From the NCBI GenBank assembly GCA_012295275.1, contig CM022667.1:2232001-2296000 (forward strand): a stretch of DNA of 64,000 nucleotides, given 5' to 3'. Within the stretch, counting starts at the first letter, position 1, and the number at the start of each line of letters is the position of its first letter. The position numbers and the translations under genes were made by a program. The stretch is from Chrysomallon squamiferum. Taxonomy: Eukaryota > Animalia > Mollusca. Under the pieces are notes generated by a model, which saw only the letters and a list, made by a program, of their open reading frames with translations, ran no database searches and was not told the origin of the DNA. Shown in pieces: positions 41,517 through 55,745 of the stretch.

Positions 41517-41869
41517 CAGTAGTACCTCAAGTTACGAGTGCTCCAACTTTCGAATTTTCTGTGATATGAGCAGCCACCTGGTCCATTTTTTGTTTTGAGT
41601 TGTGAGCCAAAACCAAAACAGAATTAATAAAACCAATTCATTTCTTTACATTATCTTTTATTTTGTTTTCATACAATATTTGTCATTTATATATACATTT
41701 TTCTTATTTAAAAACACGTTATAAAAAATTGGGGTTGTTCTTGGGGGCCTGGAACAGATTAATGGTATTTCAATTAATTTCTGTTGAGAAAACTGATTTG
41801 ACATATGAGCATTTTGAGTTACGAGCTTGGTCACAGAATGAATTAAACTCATAAGTCAAGGTACCACTG
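41517..41869 (+). mobile_element. Non-autonomous MITE of the same Tigger/pogo family
   Basis: TA|CAGTAGTACCTCAAGTTACGAG...CTCATAAGTCAAGGTACCACTG|TA; both ends align with the neighbouring element, but the interior differs and is non-coding. Confidence 0.85.
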
Positions 41870-42765
41870 TATTTTTTTTCCTGTTATTATTCTCTACAGA
41901 ATTGTCACTATTATGACCAAGTTTAATTTTAGTTCCTTGAATTAGCTAATACAAATCTTGTTTATCTACTGTTTTGGGAGTCTGTGAAAACATAATTTCA
42001 GCATTCAGAGAAGCAAATTAATTTTTGTTACTACAGTAGAAATGTCATTTGATTTATTATTTGTATACATGATGCTTATTTTATATTTTCATTTACCATC
42101 TGATATCTTTGTTGGTTTTGTTTAAAATGATTTTGAATAAATAATAAATGAAATCCATCATAACAATGTTTACACATAATGTAATATTAATATAACTATA
42201 TAGTCCATACAAATTAATATTCCACATAACTACATGTTCTGTATAACTAAATATTTTATACATATTTCATATAAATGAACTGTACCTCACTATTCTACAT
42301 ATTTCCTATAACTGAATATTCTATATAATTCATTTTTTATCCTCTTTTTGTTTCTTTTTACAATTTTTAATTATTTTTTTTATTTTCCTTTTTTAAAACC
42401 AAATCCTAAATGAATTCAGTTTTTATCTATTCATAATTAATAATTTGAGTGAAATCCATTTTGAAGTTGATAGGGTTATGCAAGGTTATAATTCACAATT
42501 TCATCTGCAAAATTTTTCCTGAATGTTAAAAGCATCTTCACGTTGGGAGCATTAATATGAAACAACCAAATTTAATAGCTTCTGAAATGATGATATCGGT
42601 TGGCAATAATCCAGTTACATAGCATTTCACATTTTAGATCAAAGGAAAGTCAATGAAGCGAAATGACAGCCTTGTCTGTGTATAAAGCAGATGACATTTT
42701 AGAAATACAGTTGATTGGTCTTTATGCTTTTGGTAATTGCCTCTTTTTCTCCCACCAACACTACC

Positions 42766-43212
42766 GGTTTGTGTGAGCTGTTCCAATTGTTGTTAACAAT
42801 TCCAGTTTGTATGAGCTATTCCAATTTTTATGAACTATTCCAGTTTGTGTGAACTATTCCAGTTTGTGTGAACTGTTCCAATTTCTGTTAACAATTTCAG
42901 TTTGTATGAAATATTCCAATTTTTGTTAACAATTCCAGTTTGTATGAGCTATTCCAGTTTTTATGAACTATTCTGGTTTGTGTGAACTGTTCCAATTTTT
43001 GTTAACAATTCCAATTTGTATGAACTATTTTGGTTTGTATGAACTATTCCAATTTTTGTACACCATTCTGGTTCATATGAACTTTTCCAGTTGTTGTGAA
43101 CTATTCTGGTTTGGGTGAGCTATTTCAGCATTTATGAACTTTTCTGGTTTGAATGAGCTATAGCATATTTTAGAAAATATTCTGGTTTGTGTGAGCTATT
43201 CCAGATTTTATA
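42766..43212. repeat. 19-bp minisatellite, about 23 degenerate copies
   Basis: Unit CAGTTTGTGTGAACTATTC, e.g. 42841-42859 and 42860-42878. Confidence 0.9.
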
Positions 43213-43745
43213 AACAATACTTGATATTCCATTTTACAAAGTAATATCTCTGCCATTATGCTTCACTAGTTCATGGCAAATACTATAAATGATGTACCAA
43301 GTCCAAGACATACAATTAGCCAGTTCAGAAAAAATATATACTTTTATTATCTAAATTTTAAGATTTAGTTCATTTTAATATGAAATAACATACCAGATAA
43401 AGAATGCTGGCATCATGACCATATTCATCTGGAGCATGGCATGAAGAGTATCCATGCTTCCAATGAAATCAACATAGGGAACTGGCATTTTGCAATTGTT
43501 TTATCTTTTGCAAATTTTTATGAAGGTATGCTTCAGAAAAATGTTGAAGAAACTCTTTTCTACTACGGTTTATTATTTTTCTTCTTTGGGTGAAAACAGA
43601 TACCTATTTGAGGGTTTTTGTACAAATTCCAAAATCAAAGATGGTAATTTTGGTTGCAAAATCTGTTTTATAAATGACTTAACATATTGTAAGACAGTAA
43701 TCTTGTTACTGGCCTGAGAGACAAGCATCTCCTTTTGTCATAGTG

Positions 43746-43765
43746 CACACACACACACACACACA

Positions 43766-43831
<66 letters not shown>
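43746..43831. repeat. (CA)n(CT)n compound microsatellite
   Basis: Read directly. Confidence 0.95.
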
Positions 43832-43832
<1 letters not shown>

Positions 43833-45309
43833 TCAGTGATTATAAAGTCGTTTTTAAATAACCATCTAAATATGTAATATAATTTAAAATGTTGTTGTAG
43901 TAATAACAGTAGTACAATCATTGTTGCTGCTTCTGCTGCTGCTTTTTCTACAACTACTTCATAATTATCATTATCATCATCATCCTCAAAACCATTGTAA
44001 ACAATTTGCAACTGCAAGGTATATTTCAAATTTTTATATATTTCTTTTTTTTTTTTTTTTTTTTTTTTAGCCTAAGTGGATTTAGTTTTCATCTGTCCAG
44101 TATTACTGAATCAACAAAACCCATCATTTTTTTTTTTTTTTTTTTTTACTATGATTGTTTTTCACATTCTTTTTCTCTTGTCTGAAATGTCATTACTGCA
44201 AATCAACATCACACATGCACACCTCCTGAGAAAGAAAATAGCACAGATAGCATGTTAAAACACACTCAGAGTCTGAGAACAAACTCTGAAACCAATCACT
44301 GGTTGGGTAGTGGTGATCTTGCTGAAGGCTAACCATTTATTTTATTGATCAGCTTCATCTCAGAGTACTGAATACTTGTCTAAATATTTGATAGCAAAAA
44401 TTTTAAATGATTTTTGATGCTGCAAGTAATTTTCATATTTTGTTTATTTATTATTAAAAATCACAGTCACTGGTTTGATTATTTTATTTTGATTACAAAT
44501 ATGCTGTGTCTCATATATAAGAAACAACATATGTGTCAAGAAATGTTTATTTGTGACTGAAACAGAATAGATGTATCAACAGTGGGGAAGAGCAAATCTA
44601 TAAACCAGCTGTTTAGTATGTCACACTTAGTTTGTATTACTACTAACATGAAGTCTCAGAGTATATGTGACATTGATTAAAAACTATAATGACAAATATA
44701 TACTGTGTATACTGGCAAAACAATAATGGTGGTATATAGCAACCATAGTGATAAGAAACCATAGTTTTATGAACCACGTAGGTAAAAAGTCTTAGTTACA
44801 AAATCACACTAATTGAAAACAGTACTGGTCAAAATCACATTAGTAAAAAAAAACAGACAGCGAGAAGTAAATAATGGATTGTATTTTTAAAATATTTATC
44901 AAAACAGACATTGGTGAAAAAATATTTGTGGATAAATCTATATCTCTCTAGTACATCGAACCATAATGATCAAATTCAGTAGTCAAGTGGAACAGTAATC
45001 TGGAATGTTCAGATTTTGGAATGATCTGAAATGTGTTATGATGGTGATGTATGTGTTTTTGTGTTTTCTTCTGAATGTGTGTTTGTTTTAGTGTGTGTGG
45101 GTATGTGTGTGTTTGTGTTTCTCTGTGTGTGTGTGGGTATGTGTGTGTTGTGTTTCTCTGTGTATGCGTAGGTATGTGGGTGTGTGTGTATTTTTGTGTG
45201 AGGTCATGTGTGAGTATTGGTTTAGTTATGTGAGGATGTGTATTTCTATATAAAAATATATTTACAATACACTTAATATATAACATCTGACATAAACCTG
45301 TTGATTATT

Positions 45310-45340
<31 letters not shown>

Positions 45341-45811
45341 CAACTATAGAATGGATAGAGTAAAAAAAAAAGTCAATTTAGAATGTTCTGCTAGTTCATT
45401 TGACTCAAGCTCTGGGGTTTGAATACTCCTGCCTCTGCAGTTTCCATTTCCTGTCAGTGGTTCCTGGTGCTTTTGCCTTCAAGATAGAAAACATGGGCAG
45501 TGATTCACAGTGTGGCAGACAAGTGGTTCTGATCTGCCCAGCTGGTAATCTCAAATACACAGTTAGATCATTAACATTACCCTCTTCATTTAACAAATAC
45601 ACTTGTGCAAAAGGCATGTGTGGTTCTGTTTATGAAGCGTCAACTTTTATTACTGAGTTTAGATCACTAGGAGTTCAGTAAATATTGTTGTGTCATTTTT
45701 TTTGTTGTTGTTTCAAGAAAGAACAAACAGATACACTTAAAAACATGGCACGTAAGGTGAATGTTTTCAATGAATATGTAAACTAACAGAACAAAGTGCC
45801 TTCGTCATTAA

Positions 45812-46146
45812 GAATCGAGTTTTATTTGTATGTTTTTATCAATAGTTTTCAAGCATAGGATTCATGTTTTATTAAAATTCTGTATCCACAGATTTCAAGC
45901 AAGCATTCAAGGTTTATTAATCTGTCAATATCAATAGATTTCAAACAAGCATTCGAGTTTTATTAATGTGTCTATATCAATAGATTTCAAGCAAGCATTC
46001 AAGTTTTATTAATGTGTCTATATCAATAGATTTCAAACAAGCATTCAAGTTTTATTAATCTGTCTATATCAATAGATTTCAAACAAGCATTCAAGTTTTA
46101 TTAATATGTCTATATCAATAGATTTCAAACAAGCATTCAAGTTTTA
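45812..46146. repeat. 46-bp minisatellite, about 7 copies
   Basis: TATCAATAGATTTCAAACAAGCATTCAAGTTTTATTAATCTGTCTA recurs, e.g. at 46021 and 46067; copies are more decayed toward the left end. Confidence 0.9.
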
Positions 46147-46374
46147 TATCATCATCATCTGACTAAACAAAAACATTATTTGTTTTTTCTTTTCTTTTTA
46201 ACATCAGAATTGAAGGTCAGACAACTTTCTTCATTAAGTGGTGTAGTAATCCACCATTTTTGTTCACCCACACACAAATACACCCACTACATCTGTATGA
46301 CAATACATCTGGTACATCATTATTAATTCAATTTAGCTAGTCTGTGTTTACTATCAGTCAGATTTCTTATAATG

Positions 46375-46405
<31 letters not shown>

Positions 46406-47023
46406 GGTATTTTTCTTTCTTCTTTTTTTTTCATGTCATTTTTTTACTGTCTTCTTGGGAGTGTGTAATGAGCTAAACCTTTTAGTTTTTGTGCAGGAAA
46501 TGCAGAAATATCTGCTTGAAGATAAATCAGATGTCACAAGTGAATGTGGAAAGGAAATCTGTTTGGTGTTGATTATATTAGTGATTTTGTTAGGAATTGT
46601 AACCATGACTAACACCATTTGCAATAAGATAATAAAAATAATTAAAAGAATCAACGTTTCTGTTCATAATAATAATACCTTTTATACATTAATGTTTTTT
46701 GTTTTTTTTGTATTTTTGATAAAATTAAATTAAAAGATTTAAATAAATCAGTAATTTTACTTACTGTTATTTAAGATCTGTTTCTTGTTATTAATATTAT
46801 TATTATTAAAATTCAAAAACATCATGTCTTAATCATTTATTGACCTGATACAGTACTTTTTGACATCATCAAATTTGTCATTGCAGCTATCTCCATTTTT
46901 ATCACCATTATCCTCACCACCATCATCATTATTATTAATATTATTTTTTTATTATTTTTTTTTTTTTTTTTTTATTATTATTATTATTTAAAGGACTATT
47001 ATTTTTAATTTTTTTTATTTTAG

Positions 47024-47170
47024 AATCTATGTCAGAGGCTGTGAAGATTCTCAAGGGAGAGTACTGTGTGCGAGCGATCAAGGAACACAACATGGACCGT
47101 GCACTTATTTTCTGCCGGACTAAACTGGACTGTGACAACCTTGAGCAGTACTTTAACAAAGTTGGAGGGG
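47024..47170 (+). CDS. DDX1: DDX1 DEAD-box helicase internal exon (start of helicase C-terminal domain)
   Basis: tttag|...|gtgagt, phase 1-1; translates (E)[48 protein letters not shown], matching the DDX1 SEAxKILKGEY...IFCRTKxDCDNLE segment (motif IV). Confidence 0.96.
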
Positions 47171-47359
47171 GTGAGTAAAGCCTGCAGGGAAGCAAAGCTA
47201 AACAGTGTGTTTAGAGACAGAGTTATCTGTGTCCACTTACAGCAGGGTTCAACAAATATGTATTCAAATACTCTCACTTATTCAGTTATTTTTAAATTTA
47301 AAAATTATATAATAATAACAAAAAGTAATTAGTAGAAATTCAATGTCCTCTCTCCATCA

Positions 47360-47420
<61 letters not shown>

Positions 47421-49060
47421 AGAAAGATTCAAATGTTTGTGAAACATAATCATTGACTACAGAATATATGAAACAAATGCAAACATTTGCTTTCAAACTC
47501 CATTTGAAAAAAACAACAAAAAAAACAACAACAAATTCAGGCAATAAAAATAGATGACTTTCTGTATATTTTTTCATGAGATAAAACAAGATTTGTGTAG
47601 TCTGGATGTAGCCCACAGAAAAAAAAGGTGTGAACATAAAACATCAGACACTTGTGGATGTAGAGCAGTAATGTTCTAAATGGCTGTATAATCTGACTCT
47701 ACCATATGTCCACACTGATGTAATGGCTTTCAGTACAGTTAACTGTGTCTTTTGTGGGACATCACTGTTAAAACCTGTTAAAACCAGCATTGCTGAATGT
47801 TCAAAAAGCAGTGAATAGATTTTCTGGTAATTAAAAAAATAATAATAATAATAATAATAATAAAAATAATTCTCAAATATTTCAGGCAAGAGTTTTTTTC
47901 AGTAGTTAGTATGTTTAATGATCAAAAAGATCATAAATGAAAGCACAAAATGTACAAAATGTGCTTTCTGTTTTGGTAGTCCAAAGAAAAAAATAAAATA
48001 AAATAAATAAATATATAATAATTCTTAAATGGTGTGAGTTTTCTATGCAGGCCAAAGTCTTTTTCAACACTGTTATTTTGCTGTTTCATCCAGCTCTGTG
48101 TTTCTCACTGCAGCATGTTAAAACTATCCCAGAGTAATAGTAGTACTGCTTAATGTTAAAAAATATCATAAACCAAAGCACTGAATGGGTTTTCTATCTT
48201 GTTGTTCCCCTCACAGAAAAATGAAAACAAAGGAAGAAATAATTCTGCAGTTGTCAGCGCCACATTGTCAGTTTTCTTGATGTTTCAGAATATCATAAAC
48301 CATGAGCATTGAATGAGTTCTCTGTTTAGACATTGAAAACAAAAAACATATAAATAAAATAATAATTCTTCAATTATCTGAGTTTCTAAGCAGGTCCGAA
48401 TGTTTTTCACCATTGTTAGTTTGTTATTTCATTCAGCTAGATGTTTGTCTGACCTTGAGGCTTGTTAAAGAATCAACTTTTATGGCTGGGTTGATACAGA
48501 AATTGTTCTGCCTCCTACTTACAGTTAATTAGGGAGTTGAAAAATTACTACACACACACTCACTGGACGCTAATTAATCCTATAAAACTACAACAACATG
48601 ATACTAACTTTGACATCTGCGCCAGTCAGAGTATGGGCAGATGTCAAAGACCACAAACTGGATGTATATGCCTGGACTTTAAGTGGATTTCGACTTTACA
48701 AATGAGTTTAGCCGGGCAGATAACTCCCGATTTCTGCAACACCTGCATCACAGTAATGTGATTACAGCATTTAATCGTACCTTTGGTGTATGAAGAAAAA
48801 GACTAAACTAAAAGATTTTAAATGTTGTCTGGTGTAAATTAGAGGCTAATAATGTTTAAGTGATTTCCCTTGCCAACTGGTGGTGCACATGTGTGTGAAA
48901 GTTTTTGTTGCTGAGTTGTTGTTGTTGTTTTTTTGTTGTTGTTTTTGTCTTGTTTGCAATTTGTTTTCAAAATTTGATTATCAGATATTTTTCTATTAGT
49001 TTTACAGTATTTAAATCTCTTTTGTCCTTTTTTTTCTCTCTTTCTTTTCATTGTTTTTTC

Positions 49061-49063
<3 letters not shown>

Positions 49064-49137
<74 letters not shown>
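49064..49137. repeat. (TTA)n microsatellite
   Basis: Read directly. Confidence 0.95.
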
Positions 49138-49140
<3 letters not shown>

Positions 49141-50243
49141 TCTATTTCTTCCCCTTTTAATCTGGAACTGTAGTATTTCTAAAATGAAAACACAATTTCT
49201 GAATCATTTAATTATTCAGTAGAATTATAAATAATTACAAACCAATCTCATTTAGAAGAAACAAAACACCTTCAGGTCAGACTTCCAGAAATGAGAATGT
49301 TTTCAATAGCTGGGCACATCCTCGGTCAAAGGTCATACCTGCCTGCAGGCAGCATGTCCCACTTGACTTCATATTCCTTGTTAGTGCAATTAATAATGAA
49401 ATCAGAAGGTACTGAATGTCTTAACAAGATCTCAGGATCAAAATGAGAAGTAATGAATGCGTCTTAAAGCAATATTTAGATAAAATAATTGAAATTTTTT
49501 TTTTTTTTTTTTGCATGTACAAAGATACTTACTAAGAGCATCAGAAGTGTGATATGAGAAAAATATTATTTAAAAAAAAAATTTAAAAATACCAAGCAGG
49601 GCAAAAGTAGCATTCTTGAATTTATTAGGGAAAAAAAGCAAAATGACTCAAAAAAACTTTAACTGTCATTTTCTTCTCAAAAATATCCCTAGAGAGACAA
49701 TAAAAAATTTCTTTAACCTTGGAAACAAGACTGGTTTTGACAGTCTTGTTACAAAAAGAAATTCTCTAATTTTTTTTTTTTTTGGCAGATTAGACAGCTT
49801 ATTATTGAACACAAAGGAAATAAGTGAAGACTGCAATTTTCTTCTAAATGAAAACTGAATTTACATTTTTTTTTTTTTTTCTTGTTTCTGTTTTCATTTA
49901 TGCTGTTGTGCATTACTTCATTTGTTTTTATGCTTAATTATTTACATTACTTTGTTTCATACAATAATTTACTTTAATTTTATTTTATTTCAATGTTTTT
50001 TGCATTTCATATAATAATAATTAAGAATTTTATATATATATATTATTCTTTATTATTAATATTGTATTCCAATATATTCAGTTAAATGAATATGTTACTT
50101 CCGGTTCCATACATGCACACACATTCACACAGATACAGAAATATATACATCAGCATATGCACAGACATACACGAAGACACAGATAAACATGGAGAAAATA
50201 TTCATTTTTGCAATATATTAATTTGGAAACTTACTCATTTCAG

Positions 50244-50317
50244 GAAGTCTTTCTTGTGTTTGTCTTCACAGTGACAGGAAACCCCCAGAGAGGAAAGCCA
50301 ATCTTCAGAAATTCAAG
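50244..50317 (+). CDS. DDX1: DDX1 exon
   Basis: tttcag|...|gtgaaa; (G)SLSCVCLHSDRKPPERKANLQKFK, in phase with both neighbouring exons. Confidence 0.94.
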
Positions 50318-50623
50318 GTGAAAAGAAAAATATTTGTGACACAATGTATTTTGTACAGTTTGCCACTAGACTATTACCTTAATCATGCTTTTAAATGACC
50401 GTCACTAATGAATTTATAATTTCCATTATGATGTTTGTATATATATATATATATATGTATTTGTACAATCATACATATATGAGTGTTTGTGTTTCTGTAC
50501 AATTACATAATATACATATATAAACATACATATATATGTACATAAGCACACAAACACACACCAATAGAACCTCACATAAAATGCAACACATTCACACATT
50601 TATACATTATTTTTACGTTTCAG

Positions 50624-50696
50624 GATCAGAAAGTAAAATTTATGATTTGTACTGATGTTGCTGCAAGAGGAATAGATGTTTCAGGACTTCCTTATG
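50624..50696 (+). CDS. DDX1: DDX1 exon with motif V
   Basis: tttcag|...|gtgagt; DQKVKFMICTDVAARGIDVSGLPY. Confidence 0.96.
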
Positions 50697-50854
50697 GTGA
50701 GTGTCTCACTTAGTTAAGTCTCAGGCAAACTGCAGGCTGCATGCAGGCCACAGGATGCTTTGAATGGCATACCTGATTTCACAAAAAGGTTGCCCATAAT
50801 CTGGCTTTGAATGTTCTGCAGAGGTTTCTTATTAGCAAGACTTAATAAGTCATG

Positions 50855-51265
50855 TATAACATACTTTATTTTCAAAACAGAAATAACCAGCATATTGGAA
50901 ACTTATAACTATCAGTATAGACAGAAAGCAAACTGTGTCAATGAAATGGTCGTTTAAGAATTTGTTCGACCTTCAGCTGCTGTTAATATTTGTTCTTTAA
51001 GAAAACTAAACTTAGATAACATATTTTATTTTCAAAACGGAAATATCCAGCATACTGCAAACTTATGTCTACCAATATAAACCAAAACACAGCTACGTCA
51101 ATGAAACGATAATTTAAAAATTCATTTGACCTTCAGCTATTTTTTCTTTAAGAAAACTAAAAAGAAATAACCAGCACAGTGGAAACTTACAACTACCAAT
51201 ATAGACAGAAATCAAGCTGTGCCAGTGAAATTGTGATTTAAACATTTGTTTTGACCTTGAGCTAT
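50855..51265. repeat. Degenerate ~125-160 bp tandem repeat in a DDX1 intron, about 3 copies
   Basis: GAAATAACCAGCA...AAACTTA...TTGACCTTCAGCT recurs. Confidence 0.75.
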
Positions 51266-52374
51266 TGTCAGTGTCTTTAACCTAGACAAACCACACTTTG
51301 ATAACCACATTATTGATCATGGCATCAACTGCATTAGTCTATTGATGGCTGGTAGTCATAGATAAACAACACATAAATAAATTTAATGTGTGGAACAAAT
51401 TAAAATGTACTTACTGTGGACAATCATGGAAATAAATGTATTGTTAAGCATATGCTAGAGAACGAAGACAAAAAAAAAAATAAAGTGAAATTATATTAAA
51501 CTTGTGTAAAATGTGTTGCATTCATAGCATGTGAATAAACGTTCAAGTGAATTAGAAAAACGATTTGTAAGTGAAAATAGAATGTACACTGAGGAGAACA
51601 GACTGTATATTAAGTGAAAAAAAATAGGTTGTACATTAAATAGAAACTGCATGTTAAATAGTACATTAGATGAAAAAAATAGACTGGACTTTTAATGAAA
51701 GACATATATTGTTCCTTTCATGAAAGTAGATTCTGTTGTGTGAATTTATAAAATAGATTTACTGTTAACCTTCATAAAACCAGACAGTGTGAAAACAATA
51801 CAAAAACATGTGGACAGGACAAAATTAAACTGTAGTTATAATGAAAGATTCTAGTTATTGAAAAAATGGTAATGAATTTAAGCAAAATGCATGCAAATGG
51901 TTTTTGAAAATACTGAAGTAAAAGACAACAAAAAACAAAACAGTGTGGCAAAATAGAATAAAACACAGGGCTTATATTGTAAGTGGATTTGTTTGTTCAT
52001 ACACAGAAGAGAAAAACAGGAAAGAAAAAGTTATACATTCTGTCTACTATAGAAAACATAAATAGCATCAATTTTGATGCTAGGAATGTTTTGTCAGCAA
52101 TAACAATAGTTAAATTTTGATCTCTGTCGTGAATGTTATACTAGAATGTTAGCTTTTGAAAATCATTAATTAAAAAAAAATTGTCAAATATTCATTAGTA
52201 GTTTTCAGACAATCGTTTTAAAGATATCCTTGGTGATTATTCTGAGAGAAATCTGTCATGAAAAACCTCTCTAGAAACCTTATTGCTATGTTCTAATTAC
52301 CAGTAAATTTTAACAAAAAAATTATTTTGTTTCTTATTGTGTTATTTATTTATTTATTTATTTATATATTTCAG

Positions 52375-52447
52375 TGATTAATGTAACTCTTCCTGATGAG
52401 AAACAGAATTACATTCACCGTATTGGCCGAGTTGGACGAGCTGAAAG
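52375..52447 (+). CDS. DDX1: DDX1 exon with motif VI, ending at a GC donor
   Basis: tttcag|...AG|gcaagt; (V)[23 protein letters not shown](R). Confidence 0.95.
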
Positions 52448-52480
52448 GCAAGTAATGTTTTAAAACACACAAACACACAC

Positions 52481-52554
<74 letters not shown>

Positions 52555-54004
52555 CCCTCCCTCCCTCTGTTTTTCTCTCTCTTATTCCACATACATTCAT
52601 AGTTCCTCCATACACCCTGTAACGGACTTTGAAGTACAAAAACACATTACTCTATTTTTTTTTATACTAGTGTTCGTAAACAACTACTAAATACAAAAAA
52701 TAAATTACTTCTTTGTTGTCTTGTAACAAACTGATTAAACAAAGACAGAACATATACCTTTCATCTTTAAATTCCACAATTTAAACATCAGAATTAACTG
52801 AGCTTTCAAGCCTGTTTACTAAAACATACCGATACTGACAAATGTTACTTTTACATGATATAAAAATAAATATATAAAAATAAACATAGTCAGACAGACA
52901 ATTGAATTACTTGATATTATTGATGATTTCCTGTACAAATAGTTATTACTTCAGTTTTGTTAAGAGTTATTTGATTCCACCATGTATTGGAGGACTTGCC
53001 CTAAATCCCACAGCAGAAGTCTGTTTGGACAGATGACTATCATATTACAACATTGATCTCAGATCATAGTGAAAAATTAGGGCAGCTGGGAATTACAGAA
53101 ACTATTATATTTTTTAATTATGACTTTTTTATTATTATTATTTTCAATCCAACACAAAAAAAAAAAAAAAAAAAAAATTAGCAGCTGAGCAGATTTTTGC
53201 TCTTAAAGCTTTTAATGCTGTTTATTTTTCATTATTGTTATTATTATTATTTATCTTCTTTTGTTTTTCTTTCTTCTTTTTTCATTTTTAATCTTTTTAT
53301 TTCTAAAATGGTATTAATATTACAAAAAATCATATAACCTTAAACAAAAATTAAAATATAAAAATAAATAGATTCTAAAAAATCAATCTATTTTGTTTTT
53401 AAAATGAAAGTTTCGGTGTTATTAGTTTTATTCATTAAAACAAAGAAGTCGTATAATATGTATATTAAAAACAGTAGAAAAAAACAGTGGTGTTTAAAAG
53501 ATATAAAAAAAAATCTTATTATTACTAACAAAAACAATAATAATAAATGTTAGGAAATACTGACATGGAGATTTTTCTTTAAAATTACAGAAAAAAGAAA
53601 CCTTTACTGCCAAATAAATAAATAACTGCCATTAACAGAGTTGATAGAATGCTTCAGAAATATTTAAATTATGTCTATACTACTATTTTCAGCCACATAA
53701 AACTTTGTAATATAAATATCTGATCCTATTATTATTATTATGATTAACATGCAATCATGTAATTTCACAGCAGTGTTCAAAAATGTAATCTACTTCTTTC
53801 ATGAAATGTGTTTTTAATGCTTCCAAATGTTAGATTTTTTTCTTTTTTATGGTTGAAAAAGAATTGAAGATTACAAGATCGGGATGCAAATTCCATGTTA
53901 TCAGTATTGCAACACTTGCTGAATACCATCTCCACTGTTATGTATAAACATGTATCTCATTTGAATTGAAAGTGATTTTGTTAAAAAACAAAACAAAAAA
54001 AACA

Positions 54005-54480
54005 CAACAGTATTTGAATAGAAATAGAGTTTCTGAAGATCAACAAAAACAAACCGAAAAAATATAATTTAAAAAAAAAGGCTTGATTTAACTTTTAGTA
54101 TTATGTATAGACATTTATTTCATTTGGATTAAAAACTTTCAGAACCTGATTAAACGGAATAGAAATTAATTTCCGAAGATCAGCAAAAACAACAAAAAAA
54201 CTGTAATGAAAAATAAAAATAAAAGCTTGATTTAAGTACAACCATTATGTATAGACATGTATTTCATTTGGATTAAAAACTGGTTTTGAACAAATGTATT
54301 GTACTGCTTGATTAGTAATATTATAATGATGACATCAAAAAAAAATACAATAAAAAGAAACCTGATTTAACATTCATGTATACAGAGACAGATGTATCTC
54401 AGACTAAAAACAGAAATACATTAAAAAAAAAATACTGATGCAAATGTATTGCACTGCTTTGAATAGATATTGAGACTCAG
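54005..54480. repeat. Degenerate ~125-140 bp tandem repeat in a DDX1 intron
   Basis: GCTTGATTTAA...ATTATGTATAGACAT.TATTTCATTTGGATTAAAAACT recurs. Confidence 0.7.
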
Positions 54481-54580
54481 AGCTGAGTAATCAAAAAAGA
54501 AATGAAGATGTCCATGTTAAATATATTCTCAACTATTAAATGTTACCAGTTCTTGAAACATTAAAAAGAAAAAACAATTA

Positions 54581-54612
<32 letters not shown>

Positions 54613-54973
54613 CTAGATATTCACTGAAACAAGACATTTTAAAATTTTAATTACATACTTACAAATAGATAAATTCATACACCAATTTGATTAATTTGTT
54701 TTAAATAAGATATTAAATTTAATCATATATGTATGGTTACAAATGTTCCTTTGATTTATTTTTGTTACATTATAATAAATCAAAAATAGTAGTACTTTTT
54801 TTTTTTTTTTTTTTTTGGACAATACAATTTAATATATATATTAGTTAAAACTGTTTTAAGTCAAAAAAATAAATAACTAAATAACAAAATGAATAATAAA
54901 ACAAATGATTCAGAATTAAACTGATCAAGGTTATCTCTGATAATACTGTTATTATGATTTATGGAATAATTTT

Positions 54974-55004
<31 letters not shown>

Positions 55005-55745
55005 TTTTTTTTATAATTATTTATTTTTTATAAATATTATTGTTGTTGTTATCTTAACTATATAGTTGACTGGTTAGCATCTGCAAAGTAATTGTCTGTC
55101 ATCAAAAAGACAGATTATGAAGTATAGATTTCACTAGTTTGACATCTCCTGTGTATCTATTGATTAATAATTTGTCACAGAGAAATCTAACAAGTTTTAC
55201 TACTTGGCTGTTATGAGCAAACATGCTCATAAGCCGCTTTTTAAATAATTTTTCAAATCAAATGCCCTTGGTAAACATGAAGTAATAACTATTTTAAACA
55301 AACCGCAAAAATGCATCAGTAAAGCTTGTTTGATGTTTTTCTTAAGACAGATTATTTCAATGTTTTAAATTTTTTTTAATATTGATTTTTTTAAAAATTA
55401 TTCTTTCAAAAAAAAAATCGTTTGTACTATTCATACTTGAATTAGCATATTATTTTTATATTCTTGTTACATTTATTGTTGTTGTAGTTGTTGCTATTAT
55501 TACGGTTATTATTATATTTACAGTGGAGTTAATATTGCTTTTATAAACAAAATGGCAATCATATTAAGATGTCATTTAACAACCATTCATTTATTTATAA
55601 TAACTGGACAAAATTCAGTCATGTTAATATATATCACTCAAAGAAATTTTGTCTTCATTGCAGCCAAGAGTATAAAAAAAAGATTATCTAATTTGCTTCT
55701 TAAACTATTAATTCATTTGTTTATTAATGTCATTATTATTTTCAG

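Noticed and set aside
45812-46146. CRISPR-like appearance of regular repeats (also 42766-43212)
   Set aside because: Units are contiguous with no unique spacers, there are no cas genes, and the context is eukaryotic; these are minisatellites.
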